From Bdellovibrionales bacterium (GTDB taxonomy: Bacteria > Bdellovibrionota > Bdellovibrionia > Bdellovibrionales > CAYMLA01), in assembly GCA_965217115.1 (NCBI GenBank), contig OZ244239.1, positions 352,001-416,000 of the forward strand: DNA of 64,000 nt, given 5' to 3'. The position numbers were made by a program, and so were the translations under genes. Every line of letters begins with the position of its first letter. Position 1 is the first letter of the stretch. Shown piece after piece: positions 1 through 9,334 of the stretch. The notes under the pieces are model-generated. The model saw only the letters and a program-made list of their open reading frames with translations. It ran no database searches and was not told the origin of the DNA.

Positions 1-469
1 TTTTGCTTGAAAGCTTCTGGGACTGGGAACAACGGGGGGCTTTGGCAAGGAACCGCCTTTAGGTGGAACTTTATCGTATAGCTCAGACATCGTTTGGCAG
101 CGGCGCTCGCTGAAGCGAGCATCGCGCCAAGCCGAACTCGCTTTACGATAGAGTTCCATCTAAAGGCTTTTGCTTGAAAGCTTCTGGGACTGGGAACAAC
201 GGGGCGCTTTGGCAAGGAACCGCCTCTAGATAGGACTCTATCGTATAGCTCAGACATTCGTTTGGGCAGCGGCGCTCGCTGAAGCGAGCATCGCGCCAAG
301 CCGAACTCGCTTTACGATAGAGTTCCATCTAAAGGCTTTTGCTTGAAAGCTTCTGGGACTGGGAGCAACGGGGGGCTTTGGGTAAGGGAACCGCCTTTAG
401 GTGGAACTCTATCGTATAGCTCAGACATCGTTTGGGTAGCGGTGCTCGCTTTAGCGAGCACCGCACCAA
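1..469. repeat. Tandem array of ~168 bp structured repeat (units 1-167, 168-336, 337-469 truncated); may continue upstream of the window
   Basis: TTTTGCTTGAAAGC recurs at 1, 168, 337 and GCTCAGACAT at 81, 248, 419. Full units contain a long hairpin (55-167, 222-336). Confidence 0.95.
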
Positions 470-506
470 AGATCGTTAGTTTCTTGAGTTAAATACGGGT
501 GGGTAA

Positions 507-875
507 TTAGTTAGTCTCTTTTAAAAATTGAAGCGCTTCTTGTTTTTTCTTAAGAAGGTATTTATTACAATTTTTTAATTGAGTGTTTCGTCTAATTTCA
601 GCTGGGCTTAGTTCACCAGCGAGAGCAGAAACGTCAGGAAAACCTAGGCTTTGTATTCTACAAAAGCTAACTCTATTTTTTAAAAGTACTTTTCTAAGTG
701 CTAACTGTCCTATATATAATTGTGCTATAATTTCGTCCTTAGACATTTTTGTAATTTCGTTTTTTATGTTATCAACATCATAGAATTCACTATTTACTCC
801 AGAAAAGAGTAATACTTCATCAGCAAATGCTGATACAGAACCTAAAAGGACTAAACTTAATAATATTTTTTTCAT
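507..875 (-). CDS. Small secreted hypothetical protein, AT-rich
   Basis: ATG at 875 with AAGGAG SD; signal peptide MKKILLSLVLLGSVSAFA. Confidence 0.8.
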   Translation of the reverse strand: MKKILLSLVLLGSVSAFADEVLLFSGVNSEFYDVDNIKNEITKMSKDEIIAQLYIGQLALRKVLLKNRVSFCRIQSLGFPDVSALAGELSPAEIRRNTQLKNCNKYLLKKKQEALQFLKETN

Positions 876-973
876 ATTTTTTCTCCTTATAAATAAGTTT
901 ATTGTGAGTTTTGCTTGCAACTTGTCTTACTAGACAAATAATAAAAAGAAATATTTGTCCTCGTTTTTAGAGC

Positions 974-1261
974 CTAGTGGTTTATGAGAGTGTTACACCT
1001 CATTGATTTCTCAATGATTAGTTCTGTTATTGCTAAATCAAACTCTGCCATTTTTTCTTGTGAAACTGATAGTCCAACAGCAAGATTTGCGATCGCATTT
1101 TTATTTAGAGATAATGCAGCTCTCATTTCACTTAGTCGATTAGTACAAAATTCTAGTCTTGTTTTCTCTGAAGCCAGTTTTCCAGCTCTGCTCTGATTTA
1201 ATGCAAAAACCGAATTACTTAACATTAAGATGCTGATCGTTCCAAGTAATAATTTTTTCAT
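974..1261 (-). CDS. Small secreted hypothetical protein, AT-rich
   Basis: GGAG SD; signal peptide MKKLLLGTISILMLSNSVFA; two Cys. Confidence 0.8.
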   Translation of the reverse strand: MKKLLLGTISILMLSNSVFALNQSRAGKLASEKTRLEFCTNRLSEMRAALSLNKNAIANLAVGLSVSQEKMAEFDLAITELIIEKSMRCNTLINH

Positions 1262-1479
1262 AATATTCTCCGTTTTTTGAGTAATGACTCTTAACCTTAG
1301 ATGAATAGGAACTATAGTCGAAAAAAGTATACATCTCTAGAGCTATAGTCATTTGTGCAAAACTTACAAAAAAATGTGGCCTGTCACTTTTTAATGGAAA
1401 TTACACCCCCTAGGGCATCTTTTTTATTAAAATGAGCCTTAAGCTGCTTTGAGGAACATATCCAGATACTCACGGATTT

Positions 1480-1679
1480 CATCTAAAGGCTTTTGCTTGA
1501 AAACTTAGGGGGCGCTTTGGCCAATGGAACCGCCTTTAGCTGGAACTCTATCGTATAGCTCAGACATTCGTTTGGCAGCGCCGCTCGCTTCAGCGAGCAG
1601 CGCACCAAGCCGAACTCGCTTTACGATAAAGTCCCATCTAAAGGCTTTTACTTGAAAGCTTAGGGACTGTGAACAACGG
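1480..1679. repeat. Continuation of the ~168 bp repeat array (end of split unit, one full unit, start of next)
   Basis: CATCTAAAGGCTTTTGCTTGA resumes at 1480; full hairpin 1532-1645 with GCTCAGACAT at 1558. Confidence 0.95.
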
Positions 1680-1758
1680 AGTTTAGGGGGGAAACAACGG
1701 AGCTCAACGGGAACAACGGGGCGGCGTTGTTCACAGTTAAGTGCACTTTTAGATAAGA

Positions 1759-1871
1759 GTGGTCCAAAGGGGGTTTGTCTTCAAATGAGTTCGGATTGGT
1801 GCGATGCTCGTGAAGCGAGCGGCGCTGCCAAACGCATGTTTGAATTTGAAGATAAACCCCCTTTGGACCAC
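1759..1871. repeat. Inverted copy of the structured element with different 28-bp arms
   Basis: Arms GTGGTCCAAAGGGGGTTTGTCTTCAAAT / ATTTGAAGATAAACCCCCTTTGGACCAC enclose the reverse complement of the array core. Confidence 0.9.
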
Positions 1872-1891
1872 GGCTTACCTACCCAAAGCAA

Positions 1892-2605
1892 CTAAGCGGT
1901 TTGTGTTTTTTTAAACCAACCCAACATAGGATCTTCCCCTATAAACTCAAGCACCTCAACATTGAAGGTTTTTAAATATTCTTTTTGCATTGAATTTAAA
2001 ACAATATCTCCCGATCCAATATGAATAACTTTATGGCCCTTATTTTTCTCTGCTACCATAACCGCTAATTTAGTTAAATCCATTTCACAAGTCTTCAGAG
2101 AGGTCAGTCCATCATCTGAAAAATGATAGGCTCCGTATTTCTTCAAACTCTTGCCCACTAAAAAAGGAACACCCTCATCAATAGGAACTAGTTGCAAGTG
2201 TCTTTTTTCCTTTAGTTTCTTTATATGGGCGTTCACCCACTCTTCCATATTCTCTTTTCCAGTATAGAAACTCAAAGCAGAGACATCGGCACAATCACCA
2301 ATCAAATAAGACGGGGTCCCGTGCAAGCGGCAATAACGACGGTACAACCCTATTTGCACCAACTCCATGATCATATCTCGCCAAACACCCTCTTTCATAA
2401 TCTGGTTATCATCGGCTGTCATGGCATTCAACAGATCCCAATGCTTTTGGGCAGAGGTTGAATATTTAGCATCCAGACACGATTGGGCCTCTCTAAAACA
2501 CTGGCGAATCTCTGGAATACGTTGCACACCCATGCACAAATCCTCATCACCTAACTGATAACTTCCCGAAAAAATAACAATTGCCATAACTTCCCGCCCC
2601 TTCAT
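1892..2605 (-). CDS. Divergent FabD/acyltransferase-fold protein (alternative start 2641)
   Basis: Resembles malonyl-CoA:ACP transacylase N-half (IFSG..., P.IR..F.EA...L, Q.GLYR, P..LIG); the GHSxG position reads GDCAD; GGAGGAG SD before 2605. Confidence 0.55.
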   Translation of the reverse strand: MKGREVMAIVIFSGSYQLGDEDLCMGVQRIPEIRQCFREAQSCLDAKYSTSAQKHWDLLNAMTADDNQIMKEGVWRDMIMELVQIGLYRRYCRLHGTPSYLIGDCADVSALSFYTGKENMEEWVNAHIKKLKEKRHLQLVPIDEGVPFLVGKSLKKYGAYHFSDDGLTSLKTCEMDLTKLAVMVAEKNKGHKVIHIGSGDIVLNSMQKEYLKTFNVEVLEFIGEDPMLGWFKKTQTA

Positions 2606-2684
2606 TTTTAACTCCTCCTCCATATAAAGTAACTTTTCCATGGTTACTTAATTGAAAGATTTCATTTTCTTAACAACATACCTG

Positions 2685-2700
2685 AGCAACAGATATGCCA
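2685..2700 (-). promoter_or_regulatory. sigma54 -24/-12 promoter
   Basis: Minus strand TGGCATATCTGTTGCT matches TGGCA-N6-TTGC, upstream of the FabD-like gene. Confidence 0.7.
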
Positions 2701-2943
2701 GCCAAAAACAGTTTTAAATAGAACTGACCCCCTCGGCCTTATAGACTTTTCTCAAAGCAGTGTATTTATTTTTTATGCAGCGCACATACGCTAAGCGTCA
2801 TTTCCCTTTTAAATGCCGGCCTCTCCTAGACTTTTTACATATTTTCCTGCACCTAAGTCCTTTGTTTTGCTAGCATGATTGGGATGACCTTTTTTTAGGA
2901 CAACCAGCTATTGTCTTAAATTTGCAACCAAGGACTGGCAGCA

Positions 2944-3828
2944 TTGAAGTTCAAATATCTTATCGCTATTATTTTAGGTGCAGCCGTCGCTGACATCACT
3001 ATCTTAAACGTCCATGATCTCATTCTTCCTAAAAAAACTCTTTCAATTAAATCAAAGCAGAATCAAAGCACTCGCCTTCAACTCTCTGAGTATAACTCTA
3101 TAGTCAGCAGAAATATTCTTAGTGCCGATGGATTTATGCCCAAGGCCCTTGTCTCTGACTCAGAAGGAGGCCAAAACGGCAAGTTTCTCTCCAGTGCAAA
3201 ACCCGTTCTGTCTCAACTCCCAATAAAGCTTATCGGCACGATTGTCCACGCCAACCCTGAACGCTCCGTAGCCAGTGTCGAACTTAAAAGCAAAAATAGA
3301 ATCTCCCCTTTCTCCAATAACGACGTCATTGATAATATTGCCCGTGTTAAAAAAATCACCCGGCGACAACTCATATTTCAGAACCTCAATAACAATCGTT
3401 TGGAATATATTGAAATGGTCATCAATGCTAAAATATCCTATGAACTTACAAAGAAATCCTCTGACAAAAAAAGCTCCTTCGTTGATGGCATCTCAAGAAA
3501 CGGCAATAAGTTTTCTATTAAACGCTCTACTCTGGAGAAACATCTTAAAAACCTGCCTAAACTATTACAAGAAGCACGGGCCGTTCCTAACCGCGACCCT
3601 CTCACTGGAGAAATTAACGGTTTTCGTATCTTAGATATTTTGCCTGGTAGCCTCTTTGAGTCCCTTGGCGTCAAGAGGCTTGATGTTATCAAGGGAGTTA
3701 ACGGAGAAAATATCGACAACCCCTCCAAGGCTATGGAAGCGTTTAATCGACTCAAAGGCTCAAACAATATAAAAATAACAATTAATCGAAGTGGCAAAAA
3801 CGAAGAGTATGATTACTCTGTCGAATAA
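2944..3828 (+). CDS. gspC: Type II secretion protein C (HR + PDZ domain)
   Basis: N-terminal TM, KLIGTIV motif, C-terminal PDZ (GFRI..I.PGSLF..LG); first gene of gsp operon; start uncertain. Confidence 0.9.
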   Translation: MKFKYLIAIILGAAVADITILNVHDLILPKKTLSIKSKQNQSTRLQLSEYNSIVSRNILSADGFMPKALVSDSEGGQNGKFLSSAKPVLSQLPIKLIGTIVHANPERSVASVELKSKNRISPFSNNDVIDNIARVKKITRRQLIFQNLNNNRLEYIEMVINAKISYELTKKSSDKKSSFVDGISRNGNKFSIKRSTLEKHLKNLPKLLQEARAVPNRDPLTGEINGFRILDILPGSLFESLGVKRLDVIKGVNGENIDNPSKAMEAFNRLKGSNNIKITINRSGKNEEYDYSVE

Positions 3829-3840
3829 ACGAGGTTTTAA

Positions 3841-6207
3841 ATGGTAAGACGACAAAACAAGACAACGGCATCACACTGTAAGAATTTGCATTGTAAGAGT
3901 TTGCACTGTAAAAAATTACACTGTAAAAATTCACCCTGCGGGAAATCACTGTCCCCCACTCACAGGCTTTGTCTCCTGTTGGGGTTTCTTGTTCTCCCAT
4001 TCTTTCTCTCCACTCACGATTCCCATGCTCAACGGGGGAAAAATCGTTTTAACAGTCTCTCAAGCAACTCTGCATCCAGTTCCAAAACAGGGAAGGGCAT
4101 TGTTGCTCAACCTCTAAGCCCAGAGGCTAAGAAGAAATTTGCTAAAGCTCAACCAGAAGACATCACCTCGAAAAATTTTCCACAAACCATTGAAAGTTTC
4201 GATTATCAGAACGCTGAAATCACAGATTTAATCAAGGCCATGGGAGAGCTCACTGGGAAGAATTTTATTATTGATGGCAAGGTTCGCGGCAAAGTCACCA
4301 TCATTGCGCCCTCAAAAATAACTGTGGCAGAAGCCTATAAAGCCTTTCTCTCAGCACTGGCTATTAACGGCTTCACCGTTGTTCCCAGTGGACCTTTCTT
4401 GAAAGTTCGTCAATCAAGAGCCGACGCCAACCGCGACAGTATTGAAACTTACTCAGGAGATTATTTCCCTAACTCAGACCAACTTATCACCTACATCATG
4501 CAGCTTAAACATATCTCTGCCGCACAGGTTAGAAAAGATATTCGTATCCTCAACTCCAAAGATGGAGAGATCTCGGCCTACGAACCGACCAATTCATTAA
4601 TCATCACTGACTACGGTTCAAACGTGGAACGAGCTGTAAAGATACTCTCTCGCCTCGACACGCCTGGGTTTCAAGATCAAATGGAAGTCATGCCCGTCAA
4701 ACACGCCAAAGCCAAAGACATCGCCGAGCTCATTGATCAGATTGTTTCTAAAGGGACTGGGAAGAAATCTCGCTCCTCTCGCAGAGGTTCTTTCTCCTCT
4801 TCACGCCTTCGAAATAACCAGGCTAAATCAGTGAACCAACCTCGGTTTAACGTCATCCCCGATGGCCGAACCAACTCTCTTATTGTTGTTGGCAACAATT
4901 CAGGAATCGGCCGCATTCGCAAGCTTGTTAAAAAATTAGACTTCCGCCTAAATCCAGAGGATGCTGGTGGAGTTTATGTCTACTACGTCAAACATGGCTT
5001 GGCCGTAGAAATTGAAAAAACCCTACAAGGTATCACCAAAGACACCAAGAAAAAGAAAACAAGTTCTCTGCTCAGGGCGAGATCATTTTCTCCTCCCAGC
5101 CCAACAGAGCAAATATTTGGTGGAGATGTTAGAATTAAAGCCGACAAACAAACCAACAGTCTTTTAGTCACATCGAGCAAACAAGACTACCAGGCTGTTC
5201 TCAATCTTTTACAAAAAATTGATATCCCAAAGGATCAAGTCTTTGTGGAAGCCATCATTATGGAAATGAGTCTCGATAACAGCAGATCATGGGGAACAGG
5301 GTTTTATAAATTCAACAAAGAAGGGACAGGGAAAGTTGGTTTCAACACCATTAAAGACTTTGTCAGTCTTCTTAGCCCTACTAGTAATACCCAAGGAGCT
5401 GTTCTCGGATTTGGTTCAGGGGATATCATCGAAGTTGCTGGGACGTCCATTAGCTCTACTATTGGTTTAGTTAATTTCTTAAAATCTAATGCAAACACCA
5501 ACGTTTTATCTACGCCACAAATAATGACACGGGATAACGAAGAAGGTGTGATAGAAGTGGGAGACAAGGTTCCCATCGCAAGTGAAACCACTACCGCAAA
5601 CAACGGAAGCACAACTAACAGTGTTAAGTTTGAAGATGCCACTATTAAGCTCAAAATAAAACCTTTTATTAGCCCCAATAGGACGAAGGTGCGCTTAGAG
5701 GTGGACCAGAGAGTTCAACAACTCTCCAATCGTCAACCACCTGCGGGAGTCACGACTGTGTTTCTTCAAGCAATTTCCAAACGATCTATAAAAACACAAA
5801 TTGAAGTGAACAACAAAGACACGGCAGTTCTGGGTGGTTTGATGAGTGACAGGATCACCGAAAGCGTCTCTAAAGTTCCCGTATTGGGGGATATCCCCAT
5901 TCTCGGATGGCTTTTCAAATCGAATGTAAAAACAACAACAAAAGTTAATCTCTTGGTTTTTATAACTCCTACTATTATTCAAAATTCAGATGATAATTCA
6001 AAACTCCTAGGTGATAAACTCAATCAACGCATTGATTTTGTTAAATCCACCGGTGGCAAAGACTCTTTTGGAAAATACATTGACCGCCTTCCTCGACAAG
6101 CGACTCTTAATGACAATGACTCTGATGGGGAAGATGACGACGAGAATGACTCTGATAAGGAAGATAACGACGAGAATGATAGCGAAGAAGTGATTGAGGA
6201 TGAATAA
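3841..6207 (+). CDS. gspD: Type II secretion secretin
   Basis: N0 domain (GKNFIID..VRGKVTI), TNSL repeats, secretin motif KVPVLGDIPILGWLF. Confidence 0.97.
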   Translation: MVRRQNKTTASHCKNLHCKSLHCKKLHCKNSPCGKSLSPTHRLCLLLGFLVLPFFLSTHDSHAQRGKNRFNSLSSNSASSSKTGKGIVAQPLSPEAKKKFAKAQPEDITSKNFPQTIESFDYQNAEITDLIKAMGELTGKNFIIDGKVRGKVTIIAPSKITVAEAYKAFLSALAINGFTVVPSGPFLKVRQSRADANRDSIETYSGDYFPNSDQLITYIMQLKHISAAQVRKDIRILNSKDGEISAYEPTNSLIITDYGSNVERAVKILSRLDTPGFQDQMEVMPVKHAKAKDIAELIDQIVSKGTGKKSRSSRRGSFSSSRLRNNQAKSVNQPRFNVIPDGRTNSLIVVGNNSGIGRIRKLVKKLDFRLNPEDAGGVYVYYVKHGLAVEIEKTLQGITKDTKKKKTSSLLRARSFSPPSPTEQIFGGDVRIKADKQTNSLLVTSSKQDYQAVLNLLQKIDIPKDQVFVEAIIMEMSLDNSRSWGTGFYKFNKEGTGKVGFNTIKDFVSLLSPTSNTQGAVLGFGSGDIIEVAGTSISSTIGLVNFLKSNANTNVLSTPQIMTRDNEEGVIEVGDKVPIASETTTANNGSTTNSVKFEDATIKLKIKPFISPNRTKVRLEVDQRVQQLSNRQPPAGVTTVFLQAISKRSIKTQIEVNNKDTAVLGGLMSDRITESVSKVPVLGDIPILGWLFKSNVKTTTKVNLLVFITPTIIQNSDDNSKLLGDKLNQRIDFVKSTGGKDSFGKYIDRLPRQATLNDNDSDGEDDDENDSDKEDNDENDSEEVIEDE

Positions 6208-6239
6208 CACGGCGGGTGCAATAGGGAGCTTATTGTAGT

Positions 6240-7934
6240 ATGACCAATACAAATATTGATCTTCTTTTATATAAAAACACCAAAATGTCTGAAGACCAGG
6301 TGAGGAGCCTTCTGGATTCACCCGTCATTGGGACGACAGATAGTATTGGACAGAAGCTCAGTCAAAAAAAATACGGCACCGTGGATGAAATCATCATTGA
6401 TCTTTGTAAAGAGTTGGGCGTGGATTTTATTAAAGATATTCCTGTTAATGATATTCCTGTGGATCTCATTCGTCATATCCCTATCAACTATGCAAAAACC
6501 CATGAGATCATGCCCATTCGTGAAGAGAGCAACCAGCTGCTCGTCTTAACCAGCAATCCCATCAACACCCGATCCATGGATGATCTTCGGGTTATCTTTG
6601 GAAAAAAAGTCGTTCCCGTCATTAGCACCAGTGAGCGTGTGCAAGATGCCATTAACCGTGTTTATGAGAAAAGCACCGCCGCGCTTGAGGGATTAGACAC
6701 GATCGAAGGGGAAGACTACGATCTCGACGATCCCATTGTTGATCTTCTCGATGCGGCCGATGACGATGCTCCTGTTATCAAATTGGTAAATACACTTTTA
6801 TTCCGTGGCGTTAAAGAAAAATGCTCTGATATTCACATCGAGCCCTACGAAAAAGATATCTCCGTGCGTTTCCGCATTGACGGACTCCTCTACGAAATTT
6901 TTAAGCCGCCTAAGAGACTTCAAAATGCCATAACCTCGCGTATCAAGGTGATGGGCAATCTCAACATCGCTGAAAAACGTCTTCCCCAAGATGGCCGTAT
7001 TCCATTAAAGGTCGGAGGTAAAGACATTGATATTCGTTTGAACACCATCCCCACTTCCCATGGTGAAAGAATTGTTATGCGTCTACAGGACAGATCCAAC
7101 GTCATTCTTGAACTTGACCAATTAGGATTTTCCAAAAGATCCCTCACGATCCTTGAAGACAATCTCTTAACTAAAACTTACGGTATCATCCTTGTTACGG
7201 GACCGACAGGAAGTGGTAAATCCACCACTCTCTACGCTTGTTTACAAAAAATCAATGCTCCCAATCGTAACATTATCACCATCGAAAATCCTGTCGAACA
7301 AAACATACATGGTATCGGACAAATTCAAACTAATTCCAAAATTGGACTGACTTTTGCCTCAGGATTGCGAGCCATCTTACGTCAAGATCCCGATATTGTT
7401 ATGATAGGGGAAATTCGTGATTTAGAAACCGCTGAAATTTCTATCAACGCATCTTTAACGGGTCATCTCGTTCTCTCAACCATTCACACCAACGATGCCT
7501 CTGGGGTGTTTCCCCGTTTGATTGATATGGGTTGTGAACCATTCTTGATAGCCACTTCTATTATGGGAGTTTTAGCACAGAGATTAATCCGAGTTCTCTG
7601 CCCCCACTGTAAAGTTCCCTATGAACCCACAGATATTGAACTCGCCAGTATTGACATGACACGTCAGCAAGCCAAAAAAGGCAATCCTTGCAAACCTATG
7701 GGTTGTCACGAATGCAATCAAAAAGGTTACATCGGACGAACCAACGTTCAAGAATTACTCGTTGTCACCGATGAAGTTCGCTCTATGATAATGCAACGAG
7801 TGGACTCTGGACAAATTAAAGCCAAGGCGATCGAGCAAGGCATGCTCACTGTTCGCGACCACGGTGTTGAGAAGGTCCTCAATGGCGTGACATCTATTGA
7901 AGAAATACTCAGTAGCACACAGGTAGATAATTAA
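6240..7934 (+). CDS. gspE: Type II secretion ATPase
   Basis: SDIHIEP, RLPQDGR, Walker A GPTGSGKS, LRQDPD, CPHC/CHEC zinc motif. Confidence 0.97.
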   Translation: MTNTNIDLLLYKNTKMSEDQVRSLLDSPVIGTTDSIGQKLSQKKYGTVDEIIIDLCKELGVDFIKDIPVNDIPVDLIRHIPINYAKTHEIMPIREESNQLLVLTSNPINTRSMDDLRVIFGKKVVPVISTSERVQDAINRVYEKSTAALEGLDTIEGEDYDLDDPIVDLLDAADDDAPVIKLVNTLLFRGVKEKCSDIHIEPYEKDISVRFRIDGLLYEIFKPPKRLQNAITSRIKVMGNLNIAEKRLPQDGRIPLKVGGKDIDIRLNTIPTSHGERIVMRLQDRSNVILELDQLGFSKRSLTILEDNLLTKTYGIILVTGPTGSGKSTTLYACLQKINAPNRNIITIENPVEQNIHGIGQIQTNSKIGLTFASGLRAILRQDPDIVMIGEIRDLETAEISINASLTGHLVLSTIHTNDASGVFPRLIDMGCEPFLIATSIMGVLAQRLIRVLCPHCKVPYEPTDIELASIDMTRQQAKKGNPCKPMGCHECNQKGYIGRTNVQELLVVTDEVRSMIMQRVDSGQIKAKAIEQGMLTVRDHGVEKVLNGVTSIEEILSSTQVDN

Positions 7935-9154
7935 TGCCTATCTTTGAGTACAAAGGCCTCAACAAAAAAGGGGCTCATGTTCGCGGTTCCATTGACGCTG
8001 AAAATTCACGAGCCGCACGTAGCAAATTAAAAGCTAAAGATATTTATGTCACTCAACTCAAAGACAAAAAGAAAGATCAAAATAAAAAGGATAAAACCCA
8101 TAAAACTCATAGCCAAAAAGTCTCCGTAGAAGATCTCTCAATGATGACTCGCCAACTAGCCACTCTGATAAGGGCAAATATTCCGCTGGTAGATTCTCTA
8201 ACAGCCGTCTCCGAACAAGTTGAAGAACCTGTTCTAAAAGAAGCTATTTCTGATATAAAAAACATGATCAATGAAGGTACGAGCTTCCATAAAGCTCTGG
8301 GCAAGTACCCTAAAATTTTTAATACAATTTACATCTCCATGTGTGAAGCTGGTGAAATGTCAGGAACCCTTGATTCCATACTCATTCGTTTAGCAGAATT
8401 CACTGAAGCCCAAGCTGCTTTAAAAAGTAAAATTAAATCTGCCATGCTCTATCCCGCTATTATGATGTTCGTAACAATGGGGCTTCTCGGTTTTCTCTTT
8501 GTTTATCTCATTCCAAAAATGGTTGTCGTTTTTGAATCTGCTCCAGAGTTAGTCTTGCCTTGGTATACAAAAATGATCATCGACACCAGTGATTTTATGG
8601 TCGCTTACTGGTATGTTTTACTTATCAGTCTCGTTGGAGTCTATTTTATATTTAACAATTGGAAAAAAACACCCAGTGGACGCGTTCAATGGGATCAAAT
8701 CTCGCTGACACTACCTGTGTTCGGAGCACTCACGCGCATAGTTGCAGTCAGTCGTTTCACTAGAACTTTATCCACACTCCTCGAAGGTGGTGTCGATATG
8801 TTAACCTCGATGAATATTGTGCGTAATGTGGTCAACAATGAAATCATTGCCAAGGCCATAGATGAGGCTCGCGATAATATCAGCGAAGGGGAATCCGTCG
8901 CTGGACCTTTAAAAAAATCAGGACAATTCCCTCCCCTTGTTATACACATGATTAATATCGGTGAAAAAACAGGAGAGCTAGAAAACATGCTCCTACAAAT
9001 CAGTGATGCCTATGACTTTCAAGTGAAAAACAAAGTTGACGGTATCACCAGTATTCTTGAGCCCGTTATGATTGTCATCATGGGTGGAGTGGTTGGCATT
9101 ATTGTTCTCGCGATTATGGTGCCTATGTTTGAAATGACCAATCTTGCTGGGTAG
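7934..9154 (+). CDS. gspF: Type II secretion inner-membrane platform protein
   Basis: TRQLATL, GE.SG.L, AMLYP, GEKTGELE motifs. Confidence 0.97.
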   Translation: MPIFEYKGLNKKGAHVRGSIDAENSRAARSKLKAKDIYVTQLKDKKKDQNKKDKTHKTHSQKVSVEDLSMMTRQLATLIRANIPLVDSLTAVSEQVEEPVLKEAISDIKNMINEGTSFHKALGKYPKIFNTIYISMCEAGEMSGTLDSILIRLAEFTEAQAALKSKIKSAMLYPAIMMFVTMGLLGFLFVYLIPKMVVVFESAPELVLPWYTKMIIDTSDFMVAYWYVLLISLVGVYFIFNNWKKTPSGRVQWDQISLTLPVFGALTRIVAVSRFTRTLSTLLEGGVDMLTSMNIVRNVVNNEIIAKAIDEARDNISEGESVAGPLKKSGQFPPLVIHMINIGEKTGELENMLLQISDAYDFQVKNKVDGITSILEPVMIVIMGGVVGIIVLAIMVPMFEMTNLAG

Positions 9155-9334
9155 TGACAAGAAAACCAGTGAGCCAAGACGAATGTATGGTTTTGCCTAC
9201 GATAAATCAAGCACCACCAATGTGACTCAAAAAATTCTTTCCCATACTGGAATATATTGCCAAAAGCAGGCATGATATGTTGAATTATTCTAATTACAAA
9301 CTATAATGAGCTTTGTCTTTTAAACTTATTTCAC

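Noticed and set aside
143..328. 61-aa ORF in the repeat array
   Set aside because: Lies wholly in the repeat, and the frame is broken by indels in sister units.
1..1679. CRISPR array interpretation
   Set aside because: Units are ~168 bp with no unique spacers, and there are no cas genes.
55..1871. Integron attC sites
   Set aside because: No consistent RYYYAAC/GTTRRRY ends, units are tandem without cassettes between most copies, and no integrase is present.
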